The notes under the pieces were generated by a model, which saw only the letters and a program-made list of their open reading frames with translations, had not been told where the DNA came from and ran no database searches. A DNA stretch of 64,000 nt from Hypanus sabinus (taxonomy: Eukaryota): contig NC_082732.1 in the NCBI RefSeq assembly GCF_030144855.1, positions 30,938,001 through 31,002,000 of the forward strand, read 5' to 3'. Below are positions 38,511 through 50,013 of this stretch, in pieces (the first letter of the stretch is position 1; the number at the start of each line of letters is the position of its first letter). Made by a program: the position numbers and the translations under genes.

Positions 38511-39294
38511 GTGCTGGTGAGCGTGTGGAACGCTGCATTACATTATGCAGTGCTCCCCTCAGGATGAGGGCAACGAGGCTGACTGGGTAATAATGAGAGT
38601 CTTGATTGGTTGGCGGGCAAACTGCGGCGGATGATGGGAGGGGAATGGACCTTTGTTATTAAATCAAAGCTATTCTTTAACATTGATTTCAGGTGTCATA
38701 GATTTATTAAGCATACAGTGCATGTAATTGTACAGATACAAGGCAAGTTCTGGTTTTAGTTACAACCAGAACTAATGAGAGATGATTTTTATCTCAACTG
38801 CATTATAATGACTTTAATTTATGCAACAATTTTCAAAAGAGTCCAAGCTGGCTAACGGAAGCTTTATCTAACAAAACAAAATGGCACGGATCCACATAAA
38901 GAGATAATCAGATAGATGACCAAAGGTCTGGTCAGAAAGGTAGGTTTTAAGGATAAGCTGAAAGAGAAGAGTAACACACACAAAATTTGGATTTCCAGCA
39001 TCTGCAGATTTTCTCTTTTATGTGAAGAGAAGGGTGTGAGATGAGAGGGTTTAGGGATGCAACAGTAGGCTTTGGGAATCTCAGGATTCAATTGAAACTT
39101 CCCCAAGGGAGCACCAATGGCTGTCTTCATCTAGGCTAGGTTTGATCCCCAGTCAAGACTGAGATGGCAAGGCATTATGGATGGGAGAACAGTAGGAGTC
39201 AAGTAAGCTGGGAAGGAATGTTGATGCAGAGTTCAGAAGAGCTTCTGATGCAGTTGAGTGCCAGTGATGGAGGATTTCAGTGAATAAGCAGATC

Positions 39295-39448
39295 AGTCTG
39301 AAATCTGATGGCACTTCCAACAGTGTAATACTCCCTCCGTACCGGAAACAGAAGTGTTGTCCTGAAATTTGAGCTCTGTCCCTGAAGTGGGACTTGAATC
39401 ATAGCCTTCTGCATCAGGGTGCATAAAAGGGATTCACTGAGTCACTGT
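39295..39448 (-). mobile_element. Deu-SINE head remnant
   Basis: gatggcacttccaacagtgtaatactccctc...gaagtgggacttgaatc..ccttctg, homologous to 60670-60820. Confidence 0.55.
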
Positions 39449-39784
39449 TAACCTGGCTCGGTAGAATGCGCTGATGAGTCTCCGGATGGGATGAGTTATC
39501 CGGCGTGACACTGGACCAATGATGTTTGGGAAGGTGGGTGAAGAGGGTTCCTTGCCTGGGTGCTAAAGTATATGTATCTCTGGGGAAAGTTCACCTGGAG
39601 CTTTTGGATTCTCTTCCCATAGCTTCCTACATTAAAACTCTCCTTCATGCTGACCCATGTGGCTCAGTGTAACTTGTGGGAGGGAAGAGGATGAAGTAAA
39701 TATCATTGAGTCGGCAACTGATTGGACTTGCCTGTTCTTACCTCCACCATCTCCCCACCACCCCAACCTAACTTCCCCCTCTAG

Positions 39785-41691
39785 GTGCCGGGAGCAGTGT
39801 CCACCACAAGTGCAACAGTGCCAAACATCGCATCATATCACCAAAGGTGGAACCACGAACAGGTGCCTACAGCAGCCACCCAGAGGTCCAAAATAATGAT
39901 GTGTCTGAGGGCAAGAATGATCATGGTCATGGCAAAGTCTCAAGCCGTGAGAAACGGAATGGTAAGCTGGCCAAACCTGTCCTGCTGCATCAGAACAGCA
40001 CCGAGGTCTCCTCCACCAACCAGGTGGAGGTGCCTGACACCACCCAGAACTCCCCGGTCTCCATCAGCAGTGGTCTAAACAGCGAAACGGATATGGCCGA
40101 CAGCCCCGCCATCACTGGCGTCTCCAGCATGGCCGTGGCCTCGGTCATGTGCAGCTTAAGCCAGAATGCCACCGTTTTCATGTCAGAGGTCACCAACGAG
40201 GCAGTGTACACCATGTCTCCCAGTGCGGGCCCCGGCCAGCACCTCATCGCCTCAGATGCAGGAGCCCAAGGCCTGGTCCTGGCTGTCAACTCAGATGGAC
40301 ACAAGTTTGCATTCGCCTCCTCAGCAGCTGCTGGAAACCCAGACGGATTGTCCATGATGTCAGCCGGCGTTGCAGAAGACTTGGTCCTCTCCTCCACCCT
40401 GGAGAGCAGCGAGAAGATTCCAGAGGCCAACATGAATTTTGACCCTGACTGCTTCCTCAACAACCCCAAGCAAGGCCAGACGTATGGTGGAGGAGCCCTA
40501 AAAAATGACAGCAACAATGGCAACCAACGACAGCCACCAGGCAGCGAGGCTAGCTACTCCTTCAGTGGGCCCCTGGTGAAGGAGATCAAGACAGAGGATA
40601 ACTCGTTTGACCAGCAAATGGGCAAGGAAGGGTTCCAAACCAGCTCCACTCCAGCCTCCATTTCCTTGACACCTGGCTCGGCCTTGCTCTCCTCTGGGGG
40701 CCTCAGTCCCAGCACCACTCTGGAACAGATGGATTTCAGTGCCATTGACTCCAGTAAAGACTTTTCCTCGGGTTACACCCAGAATGTCCAGAGCCCCCAT
40801 GTCCACCAGAACCCCTCACCCAGCTTCTTCCTGCAAGAGGCCAATAAAGCTCATCACCTGGAGCCCACCACACATAGCAATGGTCTGAGTGACAGTGGCG
40901 GAACACCTTTCGTCAGCACCTTAGGGCTGGCTAACGTCAAGACAGAGTCGCCCACGCAGACTGCATCCAGCTGCAATGGTCCAGTGCAGCAAGGCCGCGT
41001 CGATGCCACCCCTTCCCTACAGCTGCTTCAGTTCCAGGCCAACTTTCAGCCCATCGCAGCAGAGACAGAGGTTCCCATGGAGACAACGGGTCCATCAGAG
41101 GGAGGCGAGGGCCTCCTGAAATCAGCTGAGCTCCCGGCCTGCAGCACCGAGCACTACATCCAGGCTGAGGGCGGAGGGGGCAATGGGCTGCCCATCCTCC
41201 AGGGCAACATGGTGTCGAGCCTGTACCCGGTGGCCCATCACAGTCTGGGGGCCTCAGCCAACATGGAGCTCAACCTGGACCACTTTGACATCTCCTTCAG
41301 CAATCAGTTCTCAGATCTGATCAATGACTTCATATCAGTGGAGGGCAGCGCCAACACGCTTTACGGGCAGCAGCTAGTGGCGAGCGAGGCGGGAGCTGGG
41401 ACCAGCATGCAGCAGTCAGAGGACGAGAGAGCCAGGGTGGCAACCTTCAGCCAAGCTGAGATCTGCATCCCTTGCTGCAGCCCTCAGCAGCAACAACAGC
41501 AACAACAGCAGCAGCAACAGCAGCAGCAGCAGCAAGGCCTCCAGCTGAGCAACGGGGAGAGCGGGGGCAGCTCCATGACCTACATGCACGTGTCCGAAGT
41601 CGTGTCAGCTCAGGGAGCCCTGGGGTCGCTGCAACAGAGTGGCCGATTGTTCATGGTGACGGATTATTCTCCGGAGTGGTCTTATCCTGAG
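39785..41691 (+). CDS. CAMTA1: CAMTA1 large coding exon (1907 nt; approx. human exon 9): activation region and start of TIG/IPT domain
   Basis: Acceptor ttccccctctag|GT GCC and donor CCT GAG|gtaagg. Open frame AGSSVHHKCNSAKHRIISPKVEPR...NFDPDCFLNNPKQGQTYGGG...ELNLDHFDISFSNQFSDLINDFISVEG...FMVTDYSPEWSYPE. Phase 1/0. Confidence 0.97.
41485..41535 (+). repeat. Coding CAG/CAA repeat, 17 Gln, in CAMTA1
   Basis: 17 consecutive CAG/CAA codons between CCSP and GLQL. Confidence 0.97.
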
Positions 41692-41859
41692 GTAAGGGAA
41701 TTATTTCTATTCATACTAAGATCATCTACTCATCTTCCTACTTGGGACTTTCCCTAGTTTATGAAAACTATGTCCTCTGGTTAAGGACACTCCTCCCAAA
41801 GAAAACAGCCTCCTCTCATTCACTCCATCAGTTCCTTCAGGGTATTGATATTCTTTATC

Positions 41860-43245
41860 AAAACAGTCAAAAAAAACTTTTGGCCCTTTAGCCCATTTCA
41901 TCCATGCCAACTGTGTTGTACAGCAAGCTAATCCCATCAGCCCACGTTTGGCCCCTAACCCAACAAGCCTCCCCTATCCATGCATTCATCTACAGTACAT
42001 AGTAGATGTGCCCAACTCAACCACTGTATCTAGCAACACATTCCAGACACACACCACCCAAGCTGCTTCTGATGTCTCTTTTAAATCATTCACCTCTGAT
42101 TTTAAACCTATGACCCTCTCTTTTAACACGCCCTCTTTGGGAAGAAGACTTTGCACTTTCACCCCTGTTGATGCCCCTCATGATCTTAATATACAGTACT
42201 GCTATCAAGTCACTGCTCAATACCCTATGCTTCAGGGAATAAAGTGCTAGTCTAAGCAATCTTTCCTTTTAACTCAAGACTCCATATTACCAAGCAACAT
42301 TCCAGTTCTAAAGTCTTCCTGATTTAATAACTTCTTTCCTGCTGCGGAGAGACCAAACTATACACAATGATCCAAACCCTGCCTCACCAGCGTCTTATAT
42401 AATTGCAACATCCCAATTCCTATACCCATTGGTGTGACTGGTGCAGACTAGTGTGCTAAACACGTTCTTCAGCACCCTAAACACCTGTGGCATAGCTTTC
42501 AGCAAGCAAGCAAGTTTATTTGGATAGCACTTTTCAAACACTAGGCAATTCAAAGTGCTTTACATAGAACAAGATATAAAAATCAAACATCAAATTTCAG
42601 ACAATATATAAGAGAATAAAATCACACAAAAAGTAGATAAGATAAATAGAAGTTTATCGCTTCTAATTAAAAGCCTCAGTGAAAAAAAAAAGAAGTTTTA
42701 AGCTTTGATTTAAAAGAGCTTAAAGTTGGGGCAGATTTCAGATCCTCTGAAAGGTTATTCAAGATATGTGGAGCAAAGTAACTAAAAATTTAAAGTATAG
42801 TAACTAAAAACAAACTATGTACTTACACTCCAAGATGCCTCTGTTCCACTACACTCTCCAGGGCCCTACCATTCGTTGTTCTGGTTTGATCTCTCAAAAG
42901 ACAATTCTTCGAATTTATCTGAATGAATGCCATTTCCCAAGCCTTAGCCTGCATACACAACTGATCAAGATATCCCATAATATGTTATAACCTTCTACGC
43001 CATCTGCAACACCAGCTATATAAGTATCATCCAAAAGCTTACTAACCATGCCTTTAAATTTGCACCCAAATCACTTTTTATAAATTACAAGCAATAAAGG
43101 TCCCTGTGGCATACCGTTATACACAGAACTCCAGTTTGAGAAACAATCCTCCACCTTCACCCTCTGCTTCCGACCACCGAATCCAATCTACTATATCCTC
43201 TAGATCCCAGAAGACCCATGCTTATCTGTGATAACATTACTGTGT
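41860..43245 (-). mobile_element. CR1-clade LINE 3' part, degraded, split by an L2 fragment
   Basis: gaccaaactatacacaatgatcc (LD.CV.FG/W-like), gtatcatccaaaagcttacta (SK.LDDT), tail near 41860-41920. Confidence 0.75.
42503..42790 (-). mobile_element. L2-clade LINE 3' end
   Basis: Minus strand of 42690-42787 encodes FSYFAPHILNNLSEDLKSAPTLSSFKSKLKT. 3' UTR tgtaaagcactttgaattgcc..tgaaaagtgcta.ccaaataaa plus (cttg)3. Confidence 0.85.
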
Positions 43246-43728
43246 AGTAAATCTCTGCCCCCTACCCATGAACTAATGTCTTTCCGAAGTTTAAAGCTGA
43301 GGAATGAACACAATATTTTCATTGGGTCTGAAATGATCAGCATAAGATCCTTGCCAATGCATTCAGTGCCACTAGATGGAGACAGTGTTTGCTTCTTAAA
43401 ATTCTTTTGTCTGAAACAGACCTACACGCAGATGCTGCTGTTCCATTTCACTGATTCCCCTCCTTCCCTTCTTGTAAATGCCCCCCTAATGTTTGAGAAT
43501 TTTGGCTCCAATTCATCCTCACTAACATTCTCAACCCTCCCCCCTCAAAGGTTGGGTTGCTAGGAACAGATACCTGTGTTTGGTATTGGTATTGGTTAGG
43601 TGTTGTATTGTCATGTGTATCAAGGTATAGTAAAAACAGGGAATTTGAGTTAATCTCGGAATTGGCTTAACACTGAAAGGAACAGTGAAATGCTTGTCTT
43701 GCCTACTGTTCAAACAGATTAATAATTA

Positions 43729-44830
43729 CCATGAGACAGAGAAACAGAATTAGGCCATTTGGCCAATCAAGTCTGCCCCACCATTTCATCATAGCTGATC
43801 CATATTCCCCCTGAAGCCCATTCTCCTCCCTTCTCCCCATAACCTTTCAAACTCTGACTAATCTAAAACCTATCAAACTCCACCTTAACTACACCCAATG
43901 ACCTGGACACCACAGCCACCTGTCGGAAAGAAATCCACCATCTGGCTAAAGAAATTCCTCCTCATCTCTGTTGCAAATGGATGTCCCTCTATCCTAAGGC
44001 TGTGCCATCTGGTCTTAGCTCTTCTATTATAGGAAACATCGTCTCCACATACATTCTATCTAGGCCTTTCAACATTTGATAGGTTCCAATGAGATCTCCC
44101 CTCAATTCCAATGAGTACAGGCGCAGAGCCATCAAACACTCCTCATACAATAACCCTTTCATTCCCGGAATCATTCTTGTGCACCTCCTCGGAATCCTCT
44201 CCAATGTCAGTACATCCTTAGATAAGAGGCCCCAAATTGCTTACAATATTCCAAGAGAGGCCTCACCAGTGCCTTTCAAAGCCTCATCATTACATCCTTG
44301 CTTTATGTGTTAGTACTCTCAAAATGAATGCTAACATTGCATTTGCCTTCCTCACCACCGATTCAACCTGCAAGTTAACCTTTAGGGACTCCCAAGTCCC
44401 TTTGCACCTCAGATTTTTGAATTTTCTTCCCGTTTGGAAAATAGTCTATGTGTTTATTCCTTCTACCAAAGTGCATGGCCAAACATTTCCCAACACTGTA
44501 TTCCATCTGTCACTTCTTTGCCCAGTCTCCTAATCTGTATAGTCCTTTTGCAGTTTCTCTGCTTCTCAATGCTACCTGCTCCTCCACCTATCTTCATATT
44601 GTTTGGAAACTTGACCACAAACTATCAATTCCTTCATCCAAATCATTGCCATTTAACATGAAAAGAAGCTGTCCCAACACCAGCCCCTGCGGCACACTAC
44701 AAGTTAGTGGCAGCCACCAGAAAAGGCCCCCTTCCCACACTTTTTTGTGTCCTGCCTGTCAGCCGATCTTGTATCCGTGTTGGTATCTTTCCTGTAATGC
44801 TGTGGGCTGTTATCTTGTTAAGTAGCCTTT
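43729..44830 (-). mobile_element. CR1-clade LINE 3' part
   Basis: ERIPRRCTRMIPGMKGL.YEECLMALRLYSLE.RGDLI. Tail aattaggccatttggcc on the + strand. Confidence 0.9.
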
Positions 44831-45232
44831 AATCCGGTATCCAAAACTTTCTCCCTTCTATACTGTAACTCACCCCACTGACTACAATGTAGCCCTATCA
44901 TCTGCCTGCCCTTCCTGACAGAGTGCATCTGCTTGTCTACCAACTGTCCCAACCTCAGCCCTATCACTCCAGTTCCCATCCCCCTTCTAAATTCATTTAA
45001 ACCCTCCCCAACAAATCTAGCAAACCAGCCTGTAAGGATATTGGTCCCCTTTGGGTTCAGGTGTAACCTGTCCCTTTTGTACAGGTCTTACCATCTCCAG
45101 AAGAGATCCCAGTGATCCAGAAAGCTGAAGTCCTGCCCGCTGCACCAGTTCCTCAGCCACACATTCATCTGCCACATCTTCCTATTCTTACCGTCACTAG
45201 CATGTGGCACAGACAGCAATCCAGAGGATTAC
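44830..45232 (-). mobile_element. CR1 ORF1 (SGNH esterase-like) fragment
   Basis: Minus strand QMNVWLRNWC...FSFLDHWDLFW..DLYKRDRLHLNPKGTNIL, with a block-V-like DxxH motif. Confidence 0.75.
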
Positions 45233-45354
45233 ACTGTGCATTGAGGTAGAGCAAAGTAAAACAAAAACAATGCAGAATAATGCTACAGAGAAGGCACAGT
45301 GTGAATAAACAATAAGGTGCAAGATCATAACGAGGTGGTTTGTGGGGTAAAAAA

Positions 45355-45995
45355 AACACAAGAAACTCCGCAGATGCTGGAAATCTTGAGGAAAAGACAA
45401 AAAGTGCCAGAGGGACTCAACAGTTCAGGCAGCATTTATGGAGAGGAATAAATAGTCGACATTTCAGGCTGAGAACCTTCCATCAGGACTGGAATGGAAG
45501 AGGGAAAAAGCTAGAATAAGAAGGTTGAGGAAGGGAGGAAGAGGCTGACAGATAAAACCAGGTGAGGGGAAATTTGGGTGAGTGGGGAAGGGAGGTGATG
45601 GTTGGAAGAGGGAATACAGCTGAAGAAGAAGGAGTCTGATAAGAGAGGATTGTGGACCATGGAAGAAGGGGAAGGAGGAAGGGCACCAGAGGGAGGTGAT
45701 GGGTTGTTGAGAAGAAAAGAGGTAGGACAGTAGCCAGAATGGGGAATGGAAAGAAAGAGAAGGGGGGAGAGATTACCGTAATTTGGAGAAATCAATGTTC
45801 GTGCCATCAGCTTGGAGGCTATCCAGACAGAATATGAAGTGTTGCTCCTCCAACCTGCCAGTAGAGTAGGCCATGGACAGACATGTTGGTAAGGGAAAGG
45901 AAATTCAAATTGAAATGGTAAGCCAACAGGAGATCCTGCTTTTTGTGGCAGACAGAGCAAGGATGATTGATGAAGCAGGTCCCTAATCTCTGTCT
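45355..45995 (-). mobile_element. Penelope-like element 3' fragment: GIY-YIG C-terminus, pyrimidine-rich UTR and hammerhead-like terminal repeat
   Basis: Minus strand ..MSVHGLLY..RLEEQHFIFCLDSLQADGTNIDFS, homologous to 55320-55500. Motif ccagtc-ctgatgga-aggttctcagcct-gaaatgtc-gacta at 45453-45492. Confidence 0.85.
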
Positions 45996-46149
45996 ACATA
46001 ACGAACACTTACATGGGGTTCTGGGTGGTAAAATGAAGGAACCATTGTTGAGAAGAAATGTGGAACATCTAGTTAAGAAGAAGAAAGAAGCTTACTTAGG
46101 TTTAGGAAGCAAGGATGTGACAGGGCTGTAGGGAGTTACAAGGTAGGAA

Positions 46150-46862
46150 GGGGCAGATGACACAAAGGTTGGTAGAATTGTAGAAAGTGCAGAAGGTTGT
46201 CATAGATTATAATGGGACATTGACAGGATGCAGAGCTGGGCTGAGAAGTGGCAGATCCAGTTCAACCCGGAAAAGTGTGAAGTGATTCACTTTGGAAGGT
46301 TGAATTTGAAGATAGAATACAGGGTTAATTGTACTATTCATAACAGTGTGGAGGAACAGAGGGATCTTGGGATCTACATCCATAGATCTCACAAAGATGC
46401 TGCACAAGTTGATAGGGTTGTTGAGGTGCTGTTTCGTGCATTGGTCTTCATTAGTCAGGGGATTGAGTTCAAGAGCAGTGAGGTAATGTTTTATCCATAA
46501 AGCCCTGGTTAGACCATGCTTAGTTATAGGAAGGGTGTGAAAGCTTTAGAGAGGGTGCAGAAGAGATTTACCAAGAAGCTGTGTTAAGAGGATAGATTGA
46601 GCAAGTTAGGGCTTTTCCCTTTGGAGCAAAGGAGGATAGAAGGTGGCTTGATAGAGATATATAAGATTATAAGAGGCATAGATCGAGTCGACTTTGTCCT
46701 CGTTAGAAATGGCTAATATTAGGAGGCATAATTTAAAAGTATAGGGGTGACATCAGAGATAAGTTTTTTTTGCAGAGTGGTAGGTGAGTGGAACGCGCTG
46801 CCAGGCGTGATGGTAGAGGCAGATACATTAGGGACATTTCAGAAACTCTTGGATACGCATGT
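46150..46862 (+). mobile_element. CR1 3' fragment
   Basis: ADDTKVG, MQSWAEKWQIQFNPEKCEVIHFG, EEQRDLG. Confidence 0.88.
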
Positions 46863-47199
46863 AGCAATCAGATTGCAAAGTGTGGCTTCAGAAATTTGAA
46901 GGTTTGTTTCCACTGTTTAAAAACATTTAAGAAGTGTACAAGGTGCATCAAATGATGCTTGTTACATACTAGGGTCGTTAAGAAATAAGGGGTTCAAACC
47001 AAGCAGAGGGCAAATACAAAGAAGCTTCCTAATTCCACAATATTAACATGTAGGGCAATGGTTGTACACATTAAGTAATGCGTGGATGAAAGAAAAGTGG
47101 AGGTCTGTGAAGGAGGGAAGGGTTATTTTGATCTTAGAGTAGGTTAAAAGGGTGCTGCAACATTGTGAGCTGAAGTCCTTGTACTGTGCTGAAATATTC

Positions 47200-47550
47200 A
47201 TTGTTCTAAGGGAGGTGCCAATCAATATTAGGGAAGTTGAAGTAACCCATGACAACAACCCTGTCATCTTTGCACCTATCCAAAGTCCACCTTTTGATCT
47301 ATTCCTCAGTGTCCCTGTTGCTACTGGGGAGGGGGGGGGGGCCTATGGGATACTCCCAACAGAGTGTTTGCTCCCTTTTTTTGATTTCCAACCATGCTGA
47401 CTCAATAGACAATCCCTCCATGACGTTCTCCCTTTCTGCAGCTGCGATACAAGCTCTGATTAGCAATGGCACTTGTACACCTCTCCCCCTGCCCCTTTTG
47501 AAACATCTAAACTCCAGAACATCCAGCAGCCTTTCCTGTCTTTGTGAACA
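47200..47550 (-). mobile_element. CR1 APE-endonuclease fragment
   Basis: ccaatcaatattagggaagttgaagtaacccatgacaac reverse-translates to VVMGYFNFPNIDW (GDFN motif). Confidence 0.75.
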
Positions 47551-47917
47551 TTAGATGTCTGTAAACTATCAAGGAATGATGGTCATAAAGGAGCAAAGTA
47601 GGGATTGGATCCATCCTGTTACCTGTACAAAGGTTTACCCCACTACCTCTTCTCTTTTCCTATGTCCCATCACCATTTTCTCCTTTTGGAAGTTCCTAAT
47701 GAATCTGCTTATACCCTCTCAAGCAGTGCAATTCAGATCATAACTGACTGAGTGGTAATAAGATAGTGCAGTTATTTTATCAAGTTCTTAAAGATATGTA
47801 GTGTGGGAAGTTTTGACACAAGCTTGAATAAATGGAGATATATTGAAGAGAAAAGCTGAAGATTATCAATTTGTAGGAGCTGGACTAAAAATCAACTAGG
47901 ATAATAATTGCTCACTT

Positions 47918-48840
47918 TTCAAAGTTCAAAGTAAATTTATTATCTAGGTACATATATGTCGCCAAATGCTACCCTCAGATTCATTTTATTGTGGGTATTC
48001 ATGGCAAATATAAAGAAACACAATAGATTCAATGAAAAACCACATATAATAAAGACAAACAACCAATGTGCAAAAGATAACAATGTGCAAATACCAAAAG
48101 TATAAAAAAACAAAATAATAATAATTAATAAATAAGTATCGTGAACATGAGTTGCAGTGTCCTTGAAAGTGAGTCCATAGGTTGCAGAATTGGTTCATTG
48201 TTGGGTGTGTGAGGTTGAGTGAAGTTATCCCGTCTGGTTCAAGAGTCTGATGGTTAAGAGGAATTAACTGTTCCTGAACCTGGTGTTGTAGGACCTGAGG
48301 TTCCTGTACCTCCTTCCTGATGGCAGCAGTGAGAAGAGAGCATAGCCTGGATGGTGGGGGTCCTTGATGATGGATGCTGCTTTCCTATGACAGCAATCTT
48401 TGTAGATGTGCTCAATGGTGGGGAGGGCTTTACCTGTGATGGACTGGGCTGTACCCACTACTTTTTGTAGATGTTTCTTGTTCGAGGACCTTGTTGTTTC
48501 CATACCAGGCTGTGATTCAATATATTCTCCACCATGCATCTATAGAAGTTTGTTAAAGTTTTAGATGATATGCCAAATCCTCACAAACTTCTAAGAAAGT
48601 AGAGATGCTGCCGTGCCTTCTTTGTAATGGTGCTTATGTACAGGCCTTGGGACAGACCCTCTGAAATGATAACACAAGTGAATTTAAAGTTGCTGACCCT
48701 CTCCACCTCTAATCCCTTGATGAGACCAGTTCATGGACTTCTGGTTTCCTCCTGTAGTCAATAATCAGCTCCTTGGTGTTGCTGCCTTTGAGTGAGAGGT
48801 TGCTATTGTGGCACCATTCTGCCAGATTTTCAATCTCCTT
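47918..48840 (-). mobile_element. Rex1-type LINE 3' end
   Basis: LQKVVGTAQSITGKALP...KAASIIKDPHHPGYALFSLLPSGRRYR...TRFRNS. Tail (ctttgaa)n. Confidence 0.9.
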
Positions 48841-49371
48841 CCTTCTTGCCTTTCAGTACCAACATTTTCTCCTTTTAATTCCGAATGTAATGTTACACTG
48901 AAGTTCAGTGCTTAAGTTAAACGGTGTCCTCATGGGTCAGTGATGACAGATTGATTAGAAAAGGCCCATATTTGATCCCTGATGTTTTCTGAAACGGCTG
49001 ATCTAAGCTGGATCAGCATTTGTGCTGAAGTAAACATTCTTAGTGCTCCTGCATTTGAGGAAAAAGGAAATATCAGCTCAATTGCTGGCCATACCTCCAG
49101 TGGGGAAGTTTAAATGCATGCGTGTACAGGATCTTGTATACTTTTGTGTAGAAATGCTGGCATATACAAATATTTGCTTGTATATTTATGCCTGTATGTA
49201 TTTGTTTGTGTACTCGTGTGTTTGAGTCTGGCATTTGGATTTTGGAATGGTAAGTCAAGTTTTTAATATATCAAAGAGAGAGAAATTAATAATTATGAGC
49301 CAAAATCAGATAAGCTGTCTCTCATGTGTTCAGACCTCCTTGTCTGGTCATGCACAGGAACAGGAAGATCC

Positions 49372-49566
49372 CCAGTGATCTTGCACTTCATTGTTTACCT
49401 GCACCACACTTTTTCAGGAACTTTTGCACTTTATTCTACAGTGTTACTATTTTTCCTTGTTCTAGCTCAATTCACTGTGTAATGATTTGATCTGAATGAG
49501 CAGTAGGCAAGGCAAACTTTCACAGTATCTTGGTGCATGTGACAAACAATCATAAACCAATACCAA
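49372..49566 (+). mobile_element. Rex1-type 3' UTR fragment
   Basis: Homologous to 33025-33223 (cactttattct, ttgatctgaatg, cttggt.catgtg, ataaaccaatacc). Confidence 0.7.
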
Positions 49567-49886
49567 CACGTCTGCAATCAGCCAAATCCAATGCTCCACA
49601 CACAGCTGGAATTGAGCTTTCTCATAACGTAAATGAGGTTGAATAGTCTTGACAAGGAAGAGAGATTTGGCAAGGCTCAGTAATGCCAAAGCTCTTTCAA
49701 GTGAACTTTAATCCCGTGTGGCTGGAATGGGGCAAATGGATGGGAGGGAAGTGAGTGCTGGAAGGGTGAGATGTACATAGTAAACGAGGACAAAGCAAAT
49801 ACATTAAAGTCTGATTGGAAACTAACCGAGCCATTGCACTTCCCAGGATGAATGCTCAGTGGGGTCTTATTGTTATGCCGTTGCAG

Positions 49887-50013
49887 GGCGGAGTGAAGGT
49901 GCTGATCACAGGGCCATGGCAGGAAGCCAGCAATAATTACAGTTGCCTGTTTGACCAGATTTCAGTGCCTGCATCTCTTATTCAGCCTGGTGTACTTAGA
50001 TGTTATTGCCCAG
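49887..50013 (+). CDS. CAMTA1: CAMTA1 coding exon (127 nt), TIG/IPT domain
   Basis: ccgttgcag|GGC GGA GTG ... TGC CCA G|gtaagt. Encodes GGVKVLITGPWQEASNNYSCLFDQISVPASLIQPGVLRCYCP. Phase 0/1. Confidence 0.97.

Noticed and set aside
39471-39515. CTGATGA followed by GTC..ccggat/atccgg..GAC hairpin as a hammerhead
   Set aside because: There is no GAAA after the stem and no stem I/III pairing, so it is likely chance.
39990-40806. Antisense ORFs (177 aa and 102 aa) over the large exon
   Set aside because: These are shadow ORFs expected from GC-rich coding sequence, with no recognisable motifs.
39847-41757. 636-aa ORF as a stand-alone gene
   Set aside because: It is an internal CAMTA1 exon. The listed start is a GTG (Val), and the last 21 aa are intron read-through past the donor at 41692.
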